From Methanothermus fervidus DSM 2088 (GTDB lineage Archaea; Methanobacteriota; Methanobacteria; DSM-2088; Methanothermaceae), in NCBI GenBank assembly GCA_000166095.1, contig CP002278.1, forward strand, positions 210,001 to 242,000: 32,000 bases of DNA, in the 5' to 3' direction. The notes beneath the pieces are model-generated. The model was not told the DNA's origin and did not search any database. It saw nothing but the letters and a program-made list of their open reading frames with translations. Below are positions 18,321-28,291 of the stretch, piece after piece. Position 1 is the stretch's first letter. The number at the start of each line of letters is the position of its first letter. Position numbers and translations under genes: made by a program.

Positions 18321-19016
18321 ATGTTAGAAAATATAACTGTCGTATTTGTTGAACCAAAGACCGCGGGAAACATAGGTTTTATGGCAAGAGCAATGAAAAA
18401 TTTTGGATTGAAAAAATTAATCCTTATAAATCCCTGCAAATTAAGTAAGGAAGCATATTATCATGCAGTGCATGCTAAAGATATTATAAAGAATTCTAAA
18501 GTCTACGAATCTTTAAATAAAATGCTTGAAAAAGAAAATATTAATTTATTGGTTGGTACAAGTGGCGTAGTTGCAGGGGATCGTAATATAGAGAGGATAT
18601 CAGTTACGCCAGAATATTTGGCTGAAAATATACAAAAAAATACGGCTATTTTATTTGGAAGAGAAGACCATGGACTATACAGCCATGAGTTAAGAATGTG
18701 TGATCTTATCCTTACAATTCCAACAAGTAAAGAATATCCTATTATGAATGTGTCCCATGCAGCCGCAGTAATTTTTTATGAATTATTCAAAAAAATGGAA
18801 GATACATGTGAAATTGAGAAAGAAATTGCATCCTACAAAGAAAAAGAATTGTTAAAAAAAGAAATAAATGAAGTTGTATCAAAATTAGACATGCCAATAC
18901 ATAAAAAAAGAAATGCAATAAAAGTTTTTAAAAACATAATTGGTAGATCATTTTTAACTAAAAAAGAATTTCATGTATTGATGGGTATATTTAGATCCAT
19001 AAAAAGAAATATATAG
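18321..19016 (+). CDS. trmJ: SpoU/TrmH-family RNA 2'-O-methyltransferase, TrmJ-like
   Basis: 'VVFVEPKTAGNIGFMARAMKNFGLKKLILINPC', 'NTAILFGREDHGLYSHELRMCDLILTIPTSKEYPIMNVSHAAAVIFYEL'. Confidence 0.85.
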   Translation: MLENITVVFVEPKTAGNIGFMARAMKNFGLKKLILINPCKLSKEAYYHAVHAKDIIKNSKVYESLNKMLEKENINLLVGTSGVVAGDRNIERISVTPEYLAENIQKNTAILFGREDHGLYSHELRMCDLILTIPTSKEYPIMNVSHAAAVIFYELFKKMEDTCEIEKEIASYKEKELLKKEINEVVSKLDMPIHKKRNAIKVFKNIIGRSFLTKKEFHVLMGIFRSIKRNI

Positions 19017-20137
19017 TGGGAAAGACAATGTTATTTGGAGATAACACTACTGGCTTAATCTTACTTTTAATTTTCTTAATTATTTTTCCAATGGTAATGA
19101 ATCAGATGCTTCTACGCAACGTATCTAGATATGTAGAAGAAATGGAAAAGAAAGTTGAGGAAGCCGAAAAATTAATAATAAAGATGTGTAAAAGGAAACA
19201 TTCAAAAGAATTAAAGAAATTTTTAGAATTCTTTGTTGCAAAGCCATCTAGATTAGACCCACATGGAATTGTGAAAAGATTTGAAAAAATATTAAACATG
19301 AGTGAGAAAAGATTTAAAGAGGTTGCAGATAAGGTCTTAGAGGATTTAGACGAAGAAAAAAAATCTAATTTTATAATGGCTTTAAAATCTACCTTAAGTT
19401 TGAAATCAACGGCAAAAATCATAAGACATAACCTTGAATTAGCTAAAAAAACAAAGAATTTTCAAATATTAATAGCATTGCAAATGAACCTCAACCTAAT
19501 AAGACGTTTTTTTGAAGCTCAATTTGAAGGTGTTAAAGCATTTTCAAAAGGATTACCAGTTGGTGACAGTGCCGGGGTAGTTGTTGCTGGAGCCCTGATG
19601 GATGGTAACGATGATTTGAAAGAAATGGGAGATATGGTATATACTAAAAAAAGTATAGATGGTAGAAATGTGATTATAGTAAGAAGTAAAGGACCTGGGG
19701 CAAGAATTGGTAGAGTTGGAAGAGTAGTAACAAGATTAATTGACAAAAATAATATTGATCATTTAATTATGATAGATGCTGCTGTAAAATTAGAAGGAGA
19801 AAAAACTGGAAGTGTTGCTGAAGGTGTGGGGGTCGTAGTTGGCGGAACAGGCGTTGAAAAATGGTTAATAGAAAATAAAATCACTGAAAAGGACATAGAT
19901 GTGAGTTCAGTTATAATTAAAATGAGTCTTGAAGAAGCTGTAAGTCAGATGAATAAAAAAATATTAGAAGGATGTAAAAAAGCAATAAAAATTGTTAATA
20001 AAATGATTGAAAGATATGAAAAAGATAGTAATATTCTTGTTGTTGGAGTAGGCAATAGTTCAGGAATACCTAATGTTGTTGAAGATCTTTCTAAAATAAA
20101 AATTAAGGAAGAGGTAAAAAATGGCAATACTAAGTGA
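19016..20137 (+). CDS. DUF1512 family protein (archaeal, N-terminal TM)
   Basis: N-terminal TM 'TTGLILLLIFLIIFPMVMNQML', then 'LPVGDSAGVVVAGALM', 'VIIVRSKGPGARIGRVG', 'IDHLIMIDAAVKLEGEKTGSVAEGVGVVVGGTGVEKWLIE'. ATG 19028 is an alternative start. Confidence 0.7.
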   Translation: MGKTMLFGDNTTGLILLLIFLIIFPMVMNQMLLRNVSRYVEEMEKKVEEAEKLIIKMCKRKHSKELKKFLEFFVAKPSRLDPHGIVKRFEKILNMSEKRFKEVADKVLEDLDEEKKSNFIMALKSTLSLKSTAKIIRHNLELAKKTKNFQILIALQMNLNLIRRFFEAQFEGVKAFSKGLPVGDSAGVVVAGALMDGNDDLKEMGDMVYTKKSIDGRNVIIVRSKGPGARIGRVGRVVTRLIDKNNIDHLIMIDAAVKLEGEKTGSVAEGVGVVVGGTGVEKWLIENKITEKDIDVSSVIIKMSLEEAVSQMNKKILEGCKKAIKIVNKMIERYEKDSNILVVGVGNSSGIPNVVEDLSKIKIKEEVKNGNTK

Positions 20138-20717
20138 TAGAGACATTGAAAAATATTTGAAAAAGGGTATTATATCTATAGAACCATTAGAAGACCCAAA
20201 AAATCAAATACAGCCAGCATCTGTAGATTTGAGGGTTGGTCATAAATTTAAAAGTTTTAAAATTATTAGAAAACCATATATAGATCCAAAAAAAGGACGT
20301 GATTTAGAATCATATATGGATACATTTCATTTGGAAGATGGCGAAGCTTTTATCATTCATCCAGGTGAATTTGCATTAGCAAGTACTTATGAAACTATTA
20401 AACTTCCAAAACATCTAGTAGGAAGAGTTGAAGGTCGTTCTTCTATTGGAAGGTTGGGCGTGACAGTTCATGTAACAGCAGGTTATATAGATCCTGGATT
20501 TCATGGAAAGATAACATTGGAAATATCAAATATAGGTAAGATGCCAATAGCAATATATCCAAAGCAAAGAATTTGTCAAATAGTTTTTGAAACAATGACC
20601 TCTCCTGCTAAAAGGCCATATGGACATCCTGAGAGAGATAGTAAGTACATGGGACAGAATGGCCCTGAAAGTAGTAAAATATCAAAAGATTATGAGATAA
20701 AACATGGTAAAATTTAA
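20121..20717 (+). CDS. dcd: dCTP deaminase / dUTPase family protein
   Basis: 'ILSDRDIEKYL', 'IQPASVDLRVG', 'VEGRSSIGRLGVTVHVTAGYIDPGFHGKITLEISN'. Confidence 0.92.
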   Translation: MAILSDRDIEKYLKKGIISIEPLEDPKNQIQPASVDLRVGHKFKSFKIIRKPYIDPKKGRDLESYMDTFHLEDGEAFIIHPGEFALASTYETIKLPKHLVGRVEGRSSIGRLGVTVHVTAGYIDPGFHGKITLEISNIGKMPIAIYPKQRICQIVFETMTSPAKRPYGHPERDSKYMGQNGPESSKISKDYEIKHGKI

Positions 20718-20730
20718 ACTAGGTGATAAC

Positions 20731-22479
20731 ATGGATAAAGTAATGGAAATCGCAAAAAGAAGAGGATTTTTATGGCCTTCATTTGAAATATATGAAGGAC
20801 TTTCAGGATTTTATGATTATGGTCCTTTGGGAGTTCTATTAAAAAGAAAAATAATTGAAAAATGGAGAGAATACTATACAATTAAAGAAGGATTTTATGA
20901 AGTAGAGACACCAAATGTCATGCCAAAAGAAGTTTTAAAGGCATCAGGCCATGTTGATCATTTTAATGATCCAATGACAAAATGTAAAGATTGTTCAGAA
21001 ATTTATAGAGCAGATCACCTTATAAAAGATGAGACAGGTGAAGATGTAGAAGGTCTCAGCAATGAAAAACTTACAGAAATAATTTCTAAGAAAAAAATAA
21101 GATGTCCTAAATGTGGGGGACACCTATCACATGTATGGAGCTATAATTTAATGTTTCAAACATTGATAGGACCAACTGGTAAAAAAGTTGGATATTTGAG
21201 GCCTGAAACTGCACAAGGAATTTTTGTTCTTTTTAAGAGATTAATGAGATTTTATAGAAATAAATTGCCTTTTGGTGTTGTACAGATTGGTAAATCATTT
21301 AGAAATGAGATATCACCTAGACAAGGTGTTATAAGGCTTCGTGAATTCACTCAAGCTGAAGCAGAAATATTTGTAGAACCAGATAACAAAACACATCCCA
21401 AATTTCATAAAGTAGCAGATGAAAAATTAAAACTTTTTTCTGCAGAAAAACAACTTAACGGTGAAAAACCTGAAAAAATTTCATTAAAAGAAGCTGTAGA
21501 TGAAAATATTATATCTAGCGAATTGTTAGCTTATCACCTTTATCTAACAAAAGAGTTTCTAACTGATTTAGGAATACCTGAAGAAATGATAAGATTTAGA
21601 CAACATCTACCTAGTGAAATGGCACATTATGCCGCTGATTGTTGGGATGCTGAAGTATATATGGGAGAATTTGGATGGATAGAAGTTGTAGGAATAGCTG
21701 ATAGAACAAATTATGATCTTAAGTCTCACATGGAAAGTAGTGGTGAAGATCTAAGAATATTTGTTGAGTATGAAAAACCCAAATTGGTTAAAAAAGTTGA
21801 GATACATCCTAGAATGGATAAAATAGGTCCTAGATTTAAAGAAAAAGCCAAGAAAATTTTAAAAAAGCTAAAAAATATGGAACCAGAAAAAATTAAAAAA
21901 GAATTGTCTAAAAATGAAGGAAAAATTAAGATTAAGATCGACAATGAAGAATTTGAAATATATGAAGATGAAATAGAAATAAAAGAAAAAAGGAAATATA
22001 TAAAAGGTAAAAAAGTTCTTCCACATGTCATTGAACCATCTTTTGGTATAGATAGAATTTTTTATGCAACAATGATACACAACTTTGTAGAAGATGATGA
22101 AAGAACTTACTTTGATTTTCCAACAGATATAGCTCCAATACCAGTTGCAGTCTTTCCATTACTCAATAAAAAAGAATTGATAAATTTAGCAATTAAAATA
22201 AAGAAAGATTTACAAAAAGAAGGTTTAATCGTTAATTATGATGAGTCAGGAACTATAGGTAGGCGTTATGCTCGTGCAGATGAAATAGGAATTCCATTTG
22301 CAATTACAGTTGACCACCAATCTATAGAAGATGGTACAGTTACAATAAGGAATAGATCTGATAAAAAACAAGTTAGGATTGCCATTAATAAAATACCAGA
22401 TACTATTAAAAAATTGATCAAAGGTGATATAAAGTTCCATGAATTATTTTACCATGAAGAACTTTTAGTTCGTGATTAG
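20731..22479 (+). CDS. glyS: Glycyl-tRNA synthetase (archaeal/eukaryotic type)
   Basis: 'MDKVMEIAKRRGFLWPSFEIYEGLSGFYDYGPLGVLLKRKI', 'RNEISPRQGVIRLREFTQAEAEIF', 'HVIEPSFGIDRI'. Track ORF opens at 20704; ATG 20731 has SD AGGTGAT. Confidence 0.95.
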   Translation: MDKVMEIAKRRGFLWPSFEIYEGLSGFYDYGPLGVLLKRKIIEKWREYYTIKEGFYEVETPNVMPKEVLKASGHVDHFNDPMTKCKDCSEIYRADHLIKDETGEDVEGLSNEKLTEIISKKKIRCPKCGGHLSHVWSYNLMFQTLIGPTGKKVGYLRPETAQGIFVLFKRLMRFYRNKLPFGVVQIGKSFRNEISPRQGVIRLREFTQAEAEIFVEPDNKTHPKFHKVADEKLKLFSAEKQLNGEKPEKISLKEAVDENIISSELLAYHLYLTKEFLTDLGIPEEMIRFRQHLPSEMAHYAADCWDAEVYMGEFGWIEVVGIADRTNYDLKSHMESSGEDLRIFVEYEKPKLVKKVEIHPRMDKIGPRFKEKAKKILKKLKNMEPEKIKKELSKNEGKIKIKIDNEEFEIYEDEIEIKEKRKYIKGKKVLPHVIEPSFGIDRIFYATMIHNFVEDDERTYFDFPTDIAPIPVAVFPLLNKKELINLAIKIKKDLQKEGLIVNYDESGTIGRRYARADEIGIPFAITVDHQSIEDGTVTIRNRSDKKQVRIAINKIPDTIKKLIKGDIKFHELFYHEELLVRD

Positions 22480-23046
22480 ATGAAACATTGTCACTTAAAA
22501 AAGAAGATAAAATATGATGGTAGTCAATTAAAACCATTTTGGGCACTGGAAGAATTAAATATAAAAGGACCTAGTATAGTCACGTGGATAGGTCCAATGA
22601 ATATAAAAAAGGAAAAAATAGTAGATTATGAAGATAAAGGGAGAGAAATAAAAGGAGGAGAAATGGCACATTTTATTATTGAACATTTTGACAGCCAACC
22701 TGGTAACATAAAATTATGTTACCATAGACAAAGGATGTTAATAATGATATTAAAAGAAGAACTATTGAAGATGGGTATCAAGACAAGAAGAGAAGGCGAT
22801 GATCTCTATATTAATGATTCTAAACTTACAGTGTCTATAGCCACTGCTTCAATAAGTAGTATGAAAATACATTTGGGCATAAATTTAAGTAGTGAAGGTA
22901 CACCAGAAAACATAAAAACAATAGGTCTCAAAGAATGTAACTTAGATAATAAAGACATCAAAAAATTGATTAAAAATGTTGCTGAGAAGTATATAGAAGA
23001 AATTAGAAAAATTGAAGAGGATATTACAAAAACAAAAACAATGTAA
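22480..23046 (+). CDS. DUF366 family protein
   Basis: 'YDGSQLKPFWALEELNIKGPSIVTWIGPMNI...GGEMAHFIIEHFD...RQRMLIMILKEEL...RREGDDLYI..SKLTVSIATASISSMKIHLGINL'. Confidence 0.75.
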   Translation: MKHCHLKKKIKYDGSQLKPFWALEELNIKGPSIVTWIGPMNIKKEKIVDYEDKGREIKGGEMAHFIIEHFDSQPGNIKLCYHRQRMLIMILKEELLKMGIKTRREGDDLYINDSKLTVSIATASISSMKIHLGINLSSEGTPENIKTIGLKECNLDNKDIKKLIKNVAEKYIEEIRKIEEDITKTKTM

Positions 23047-23058
23047 TGTGGGAATTAA

Positions 23059-23547
23059 ATGGAAGTTGTATTAAATGGTATTCATGCAAATTTAAGGTTT
23101 TCAGCAGCGCATATAATACCTGGTCATGAATTTTGTGGACGCTTACATGGTCATTCGTATATTGTAGATGTTAAAGTCAAAGGTAAAGAATCTGGTAAGT
23201 TTGGTTTTGTAATTGATTTCAAAGACATTAAAAAAATCGTCCGTTCAATATGTTCAAAACTTGATCATAAGGTATTGATACCAAAGAATAATGACATGAT
23301 GGAACTTGAAATCAAGAATGACTCTGTAATTTTTCAGATTGCTAATAAAAAATATGAACTTCCGAAAGAAGATTGTGTTTTGCTTGATATAAAATCAACA
23401 ACTGCAGAATCGTTAGCAAAATATTTTGCAAATCTTATTTTGAAAAAAATTGAAGAGAAAAACGGATACAAAATTTCAGAAATTGAAGTGTGTGTAAATG
23501 AAGGTATTGGACAAGGAGCAATATTTAAAAAGAAAGTGAAAAAATGA
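23059..23547 (+). CDS. queD: 6-pyruvoyltetrahydropterin synthase / QueD family protein
   Basis: '[29 protein letters not shown]', '[25 protein letters not shown]', '[14 protein letters not shown]', 'VCVNEG'. Confidence 0.88.
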   Translation: MEVVLNGIHANLRFSAAHIIPGHEFCGRLHGHSYIVDVKVKGKESGKFGFVIDFKDIKKIVRSICSKLDHKVLIPKNNDMMELEIKNDSVIFQIANKKYELPKEDCVLLDIKSTTAESLAKYFANLILKKIEEKNGYKISEIEVCVNEGIGQGAIFKKKVKK

Positions 23548-24242
23548 AAGCACCAGTGTATGAAATATTCTCAAGTATTCAGGGAGAGGGATTATTAGTT
23601 GGAAAAAGACAAATATTTGTAAGATTTGCTGGATGTAATCTAGATTGTATATATTGTGATACACCGAAAAGTAGAGATCCTAAGAATGGGAAATTATTTT
23701 CAGTTGATGAGCTTTATAAATCAGTAAAAAGTTTGGTAACACCTGATTTACATTCTATTTGTTTGACAGGTGGAGAGCCTTTACTTTATGCTGATTTTAT
23801 AAAAAAATTTTTAAAAAAATGTGAATTTAATGCTTTGTTGGAGACAAATGGATCTCTACCAGACAATGCAAAAGTAATATCGAAATTTATAGATTATGCA
23901 GCAGTAGATATAAAATTACCTAGATATATTACTGTTATGGGTGAAGAAATCATAGAAAAAGAAATTGAAACGATAAACATATTAATGGCAAAAAAGGTAT
24001 ACACTTATTGTAAGATTGTAGTCTTACCATCTACAAAAGTCAAAAGTTTAAAAAAAGTCGTTAAAAAAATTAGAGATGGGATTGTAAATCCGTTAGGGCT
24101 TCAAATAGTGTTACAGCCAAGTAGCCCTTTAAAAAATTGGATTGGTAAGCAAAAACGCCTACTTAAAATGTCTGAGATAATAGGTAAAGATTTTAATGTG
24201 AGAATCATACCTCAAATTCACAAGATCCTAAAATTTCGGTGA
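23544..24242 (+). CDS. queE: 7-carboxy-7-deazaguanine synthase (radical SAM)
   Basis: '[37 protein letters not shown]' (CX3CX2C), '[20 protein letters not shown]'. Overlaps the end of queD. Confidence 0.92.
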   Translation: MKAPVYEIFSSIQGEGLLVGKRQIFVRFAGCNLDCIYCDTPKSRDPKNGKLFSVDELYKSVKSLVTPDLHSICLTGGEPLLYADFIKKFLKKCEFNALLETNGSLPDNAKVISKFIDYAAVDIKLPRYITVMGEEIIEKEIETINILMAKKVYTYCKIVVLPSTKVKSLKKVVKKIRDGIVNPLGLQIVLQPSSPLKNWIGKQKRLLKMSEIIGKDFNVRIIPQIHKILKFR

Positions 24243-24254
24243 GGAGGTCTTAGT

Positions 24255-24821
24255 TTGGATATAGAGACGAAAATAACTGTACGCGATGCCATGACACCAA
24301 ATGTTATAACAGCACCACCAAATATTAGTGTAGCAGAAGCTGCAGCAATAATGTCTAAAAAGCGTGTTGGGAGTATAATTATCAAGGACAACTCAGGTCC
24401 TATAGGATTAGTAACTGAAAGTGATATAATTAGGAAAGTTGTTGCAAAGGATTTAAAAGCTAGTGAAGTTAAAGTCAGTGAAATCATGACAAAAAATTTG
24501 ATAACTATTGAACCAGAGAGCGAAATACGTGAAGCTGCTCACTTAATGGCAAAAAATAATATAAGAAGGCTTCCTGTAGTTAAGAATGGTGTCTTAGTTG
24601 GTATAATAACATCAACAGATATAATGGTAGTGGCACCAGAATTAACTGAAATTTTAGTTGAGAATGCAAGAATGAAAGAAAATGAATTTTTACAAAGAGA
24701 AGAACGAGAAGAATCAATACCAGGTGTATGTGAAATTTGTGGAACTTATGCTGAATATTTAGAAGAGGTTGATGGAAAATTTGTATGTGAGGATTGTAAA
24801 AGAGAATTAAAGGGTGAATAA
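24255..24821 (+). CDS. Protein with two CBS domains and a C-terminal zinc ribbon
   Basis: '[25 protein letters not shown]', '[25 protein letters not shown]', then '[27 protein letters not shown]'. TTG start with GGAGG SD. Confidence 0.9.
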   Translation: MDIETKITVRDAMTPNVITAPPNISVAEAAAIMSKKRVGSIIIKDNSGPIGLVTESDIIRKVVAKDLKASEVKVSEIMTKNLITIEPESEIREAAHLMAKNNIRRLPVVKNGVLVGIITSTDIMVVAPELTEILVENARMKENEFLQREEREESIPGVCEICGTYAEYLEEVDGKFVCEDCKRELKGE

Positions 24822-24822
24822 A

Positions 24823-25635
24823 GTGAAAATCAAAGAAATAATGACAACAAATCCTATCGTTGTTTCTCCAGACATGGCAGCTACAAAAGTAAGATCTTTA
24901 TTTAGGGAAGAGAGGGTAAGATGTTTTCCAGTTGTAAATAATGGTAAATTAGAGGGAGTTATTACAAGAGGAGATGTACTCCGAATCACTTCAACTAGAT
25001 CTAACATAACCGTTAAAGGATTAATGGAAAAACCTACAGTTTTGTTAACGCCAGATGCAGATGTAATGGACGCTGTAAAGCGTCTTGTTTCTGCAAAAAA
25101 AACACATGCTCTCATAATTAAAGATAGTACAAGCATGGAATTAATTGGAATTGTCAGTGTTTTTGATATTTTCCAAAGTTTTTTAGATGCTAAAATAAGA
25201 CCTAAAAAAGAAAAAATAAAAGATATTTTTACAGAAAATCCTGTAGTTTGTGATTATGAAGATCCTATCTACAAAGTGTGGGACAAAATGAATGAATCAG
25301 GTTATTCTGGTTTACCTGTATTAAAAAATGGAAAATTGATTGGAATCATCACCAGAAAAGATATAATTGATTCTGGATATGTTAGGATAAATAGAGAATC
25401 AAAGAAACATGTTAGAAAAAACATAGAAGTGTATAGAGTCATGAAGACTCCTCCAGTTGCTGTAACCAAAGAAGACGATGTCTATGATGCAATGAAATTA
25501 ATGATAGAAAAAGATATTGGAAGACTACCAGTTGTCGAAAATCCAGAATATATTAATAACGAATCATATGTTGTAAGAAGAGCTGATCTTATTGGAATAG
25601 TCACTAGGAAGGATATTTTGAAGGCATATGTTTAA
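24823..25635 (+). CDS. Four-CBS-domain protein
   Basis: 'VKIKEIMTTNPIVVSPDM', 'VMEKPTVLLTPDAD', 'IFTENPVVCDYEDPIYKVWDKM', 'VMKTPPVAVTKEDDVYDAMKLM'. Confidence 0.9.
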   Translation: MKIKEIMTTNPIVVSPDMAATKVRSLFREERVRCFPVVNNGKLEGVITRGDVLRITSTRSNITVKGLMEKPTVLLTPDADVMDAVKRLVSAKKTHALIIKDSTSMELIGIVSVFDIFQSFLDAKIRPKKEKIKDIFTENPVVCDYEDPIYKVWDKMNESGYSGLPVLKNGKLIGIITRKDIIDSGYVRINRESKKHVRKNIEVYRVMKTPPVAVTKEDDVYDAMKLMIEKDIGRLPVVENPEYINNESYVVRRADLIGIVTRKDILKAYV

Positions 25636-25670
25636 ATAAATTGTAATTTTTAGTGGTTTGAGGTGTTATA

Positions 25671-26609
25671 ATGAGAAAAAAAATTCTGGAAAATATTGGT
25701 AAGTCTCTGGATAGAGGACCTGTAGAATTTGATACTAGACTTTCAGATAAAGAAGGAGACATAATGAGTATTGCAAATAAGGATGTTATAACAGTACCGC
25801 CTGGAATTAGCGTAAAAGAAGCATCTGAAATAATGGTGAAAAATAAAGTTAGAAGATTACCAGTAGTTTCTCCAAAAAATGAGCTTCTTGGAATTATTAC
25901 GGCCACAGATATTGTAGATTTTTTAGGAGGAGGAGAAAAATTTAAAATAATTGAAAATAAATATAATGATAATTTTTTAGCCGCTGTAAATGATTCAATA
26001 AAAGATATCATGACAGAAGATGCTCATTATATAACTAACAAAGATTCCATAAAGGATGCTGTTGAAAAAATGCTCAAACATGATGTTGGAGCTCTTCCTG
26101 TTGTAGATAATGAAAATAGAGTTGTAGGAATTGTATCTGAAAGAGATTTTGTATTTTTAATGGCAGGACTCATTAATGAAGAACCAGTTGCAGATTACAT
26201 GACTGAAAATCCAATAACTACAACTCCTGGTACTCCAATTGAAAGTGTTTCTAAAATTATGGTAAGAAATGGTGTTAGAAGGGTACCTATAGTTGGAGAA
26301 AAAAGAAAAACACCCAAACCTGAAAGTGAAAAACTTATAGGCATTGTTACATCTACAGATATTTTAAAATTTTTAGGAAATAGTAAAGCCTTTGATAGCT
26401 TAACTTCAGCAAGTGCATTTGAGGTGTTATCAAGACCTGTAAGTGAAATAATGCAGAAAGATGTTATTAAAGTAAGTATAACTGATAATTTAGGTAAAGT
26501 GTATGAGTTGATGGATAAAAACAATGTTGGAGGACTTCCAGTGGTTGAAGATGATCAATTGCTTGGAATAATTACAGAAAGAGATTTGTTAAGAACAATA
26601 ATAGCATAA
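25671..26609 (+). CDS. Four-CBS-domain protein
   Basis: 'IANKDVITVPPGISVKEASEIM', 'IMTEDAHYITNKDSIKDAV', 'YMTENPITTTPGTPIESVSKIM', 'IMQKDVIKVSITDNLGKVYELM'. Confidence 0.9.
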   Translation: MRKKILENIGKSLDRGPVEFDTRLSDKEGDIMSIANKDVITVPPGISVKEASEIMVKNKVRRLPVVSPKNELLGIITATDIVDFLGGGEKFKIIENKYNDNFLAAVNDSIKDIMTEDAHYITNKDSIKDAVEKMLKHDVGALPVVDNENRVVGIVSERDFVFLMAGLINEEPVADYMTENPITTTPGTPIESVSKIMVRNGVRRVPIVGEKRKTPKPESEKLIGIVTSTDILKFLGNSKAFDSLTSASAFEVLSRPVSEIMQKDVIKVSITDNLGKVYELMDKNNVGGLPVVEDDQLLGIITERDLLRTIIA

Positions 26610-26625
26610 TTTTCAGGGTGATCAG

Positions 26626-27465
26626 ATGAAAATTGAAGAAATCATGAATGATGAGGTAATAGTAGTTCGAGAAAATGACAGTATTTCACGAGCACGAAAT
26701 TTGATGCTAAAGAATGATATAAGTCACCTACCAGTGATCAATGAGGATGAAGAACTTGTTGGAATATTGAGTGAAACAGATATTGCATCTTTGTTAAAAA
26801 TAGGCGGACCTGCATGGAAAAGAAGACCGATAGATAATATATTAGTTAAACGCATAATGACAAAAAATCCTGTGACGGTTTCTCCAAATGAAGATATTAA
26901 AGATGCAGCTGATTTAATGTTAAGAAAAGATATAAGTGCACTTCCTGTAGTTGAAGATGGAAAAATTCTTGGCATCGTTACAAAAACAGATCTTGTAAGA
27001 ATATATAGTGAGAAATTTAAGGGGAGATATAAAGTAGCCGATTTGATGTCAAAAGATGTTGTAACTGTAAATGAAAATACTACATTATCACATGTTGCTA
27101 AATTGTTAGATAAAAACAATATAAGTAGAGTCGTTGTTACAGCTGGCAAAGAACCTATAGGTATTATAACTGCCACTGATATATTATTTGCAAAATTAGA
27201 TAAACCTTCTACTGGAGTTGCCACTGAAAAAATATTTTTTGTACGTGTAAGGCCTTATAAAAAGAAAAAACGTGTTAGATTAATTTCTACACTCACAGCA
27301 GGTGACATAATGACAGACGATCTTATTACTATAAATCAAGATTTTGACTTGTCTAAAGCTGCAAAAATCATGATCAAAAATAAAATAGGATCTTTACCAG
27401 TGATTGATGATGATGGAAAGCTAGTTGGTATAGTAACAAAAACAGATATAATTAGAGCTATATAG
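26626..27465 (+). CDS. Four-CBS-domain protein
   Basis: 'IMNDEVIVVRENDSISRARNLM', 'IMTKNPVTVSPNEDIKDAADLM', 'LMSKDVVTVNENTTLSHVAKLL', 'IMTDDLITINQDFDLSKAAKIM'. Confidence 0.9.
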   Translation: MKIEEIMNDEVIVVRENDSISRARNLMLKNDISHLPVINEDEELVGILSETDIASLLKIGGPAWKRRPIDNILVKRIMTKNPVTVSPNEDIKDAADLMLRKDISALPVVEDGKILGIVTKTDLVRIYSEKFKGRYKVADLMSKDVVTVNENTTLSHVAKLLDKNNISRVVVTAGKEPIGIITATDILFAKLDKPSTGVATEKIFFVRVRPYKKKKRVRLISTLTAGDIMTDDLITINQDFDLSKAAKIMIKNKIGSLPVIDDDGKLVGIVTKTDIIRAI

Positions 27466-27484
27466 AGTTTTTGAGGGGGTTTTA

Positions 27485-28288
27485 ATGCTAATAAAATACT
27501 TAATGTCCACCAATCCTGTTACAATAAACAAAAATAAAAATATTGCTGAAGCTCTTAAATCTATGGAGAAAAATAAGGTATCTTCCTTGCTTGTTGTAGA
27601 TAATAACAAAAAACTTGTAGGGATTGTGACTGAAAAAGATATAGCAGGTAAATTACTTTCATCTAAATATGAAAATTTACCACCATCTCATATTTATGTA
27701 TCTACAGCTATGACAAAGGATCCTATAACTGTATCTCCAAACATTACGGTAGGTAAAGCTGCTGACATAATGTTAGAAAATAGGATAAGTAATTTACCTG
27801 TCGTTGAAAATGGTGAGTTAGTTGGGATAATAACCAAAACTGATTTGTTGGACGTTTGTAAATGTAAACCTTACCGAGAATTAAAAGTGAAAGACGCCAT
27901 GAGCACTGAAATAATAACTATAGGGCCTACTGACAGTTTATTACATGCTAGACGAATAATGGTTGATACAAGAATTGGAAGATTGCCAGTAATGGACGAT
28001 GATATTTTAGTTGGCATAATTACTGCCAGAGATGTAGCTAAAGCAATAATAGCTTACAGAAAAATCGTTCCAGACAAATATAAATCAAGCAGAATCAGAA
28101 ACTTATTAGTGCAAGATATAATGGTTCAAAATGTACGTACAGTTTCTGCAAATTTAAGTATTTCAGAAGTCACTGAAAAGCTAATTTCTTATGGATTTGG
28201 TGGTTTTCCAGTAATGAATGATGAGTTAGAAGGTTTAATAACAAAAACAGATATATTAGATGTAATTACCGAAATTGAGGGGGTTTAA
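27485..28288 (+). CDS. Four-CBS-domain protein
   Basis: 'LMSTNPVTINKNKNIAEALKSM', 'AMTKDPITVSPNITVGKAADIM', 'AMSTEIITIGPTDSLLHARRIM', 'IMVQNVRTVSANLSISEVTEKL'. SD-like GAGGGGG upstream of ATG. Confidence 0.9.
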   Translation: MLIKYLMSTNPVTINKNKNIAEALKSMEKNKVSSLLVVDNNKKLVGIVTEKDIAGKLLSSKYENLPPSHIYVSTAMTKDPITVSPNITVGKAADIMLENRISNLPVVENGELVGIITKTDLLDVCKCKPYRELKVKDAMSTEIITIGPTDSLLHARRIMVDTRIGRLPVMDDDILVGIITARDVAKAIIAYRKIVPDKYKSSRIRNLLVQDIMVQNVRTVSANLSISEVTEKLISYGFGGFPVMNDELEGLITKTDILDVITEIEGV

Positions 28289-28291
28289 TTA

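Noticed and set aside
26724-27224. Antisense 166-aa ORF within a CBS gene, and other 60-135 aa minus-strand ORFs across 17-32 kb
   Set aside because: All are opposite well-supported genes and show reverse-complement composition of those genes; no independent SD or motif evidence.
24255-28288. Possible nucleotide repeat array from recurrent IMTxNPxTVSP coding motifs
   Set aside because: Similarity is at protein-domain level (CBS domains) and the DNA is diverged.
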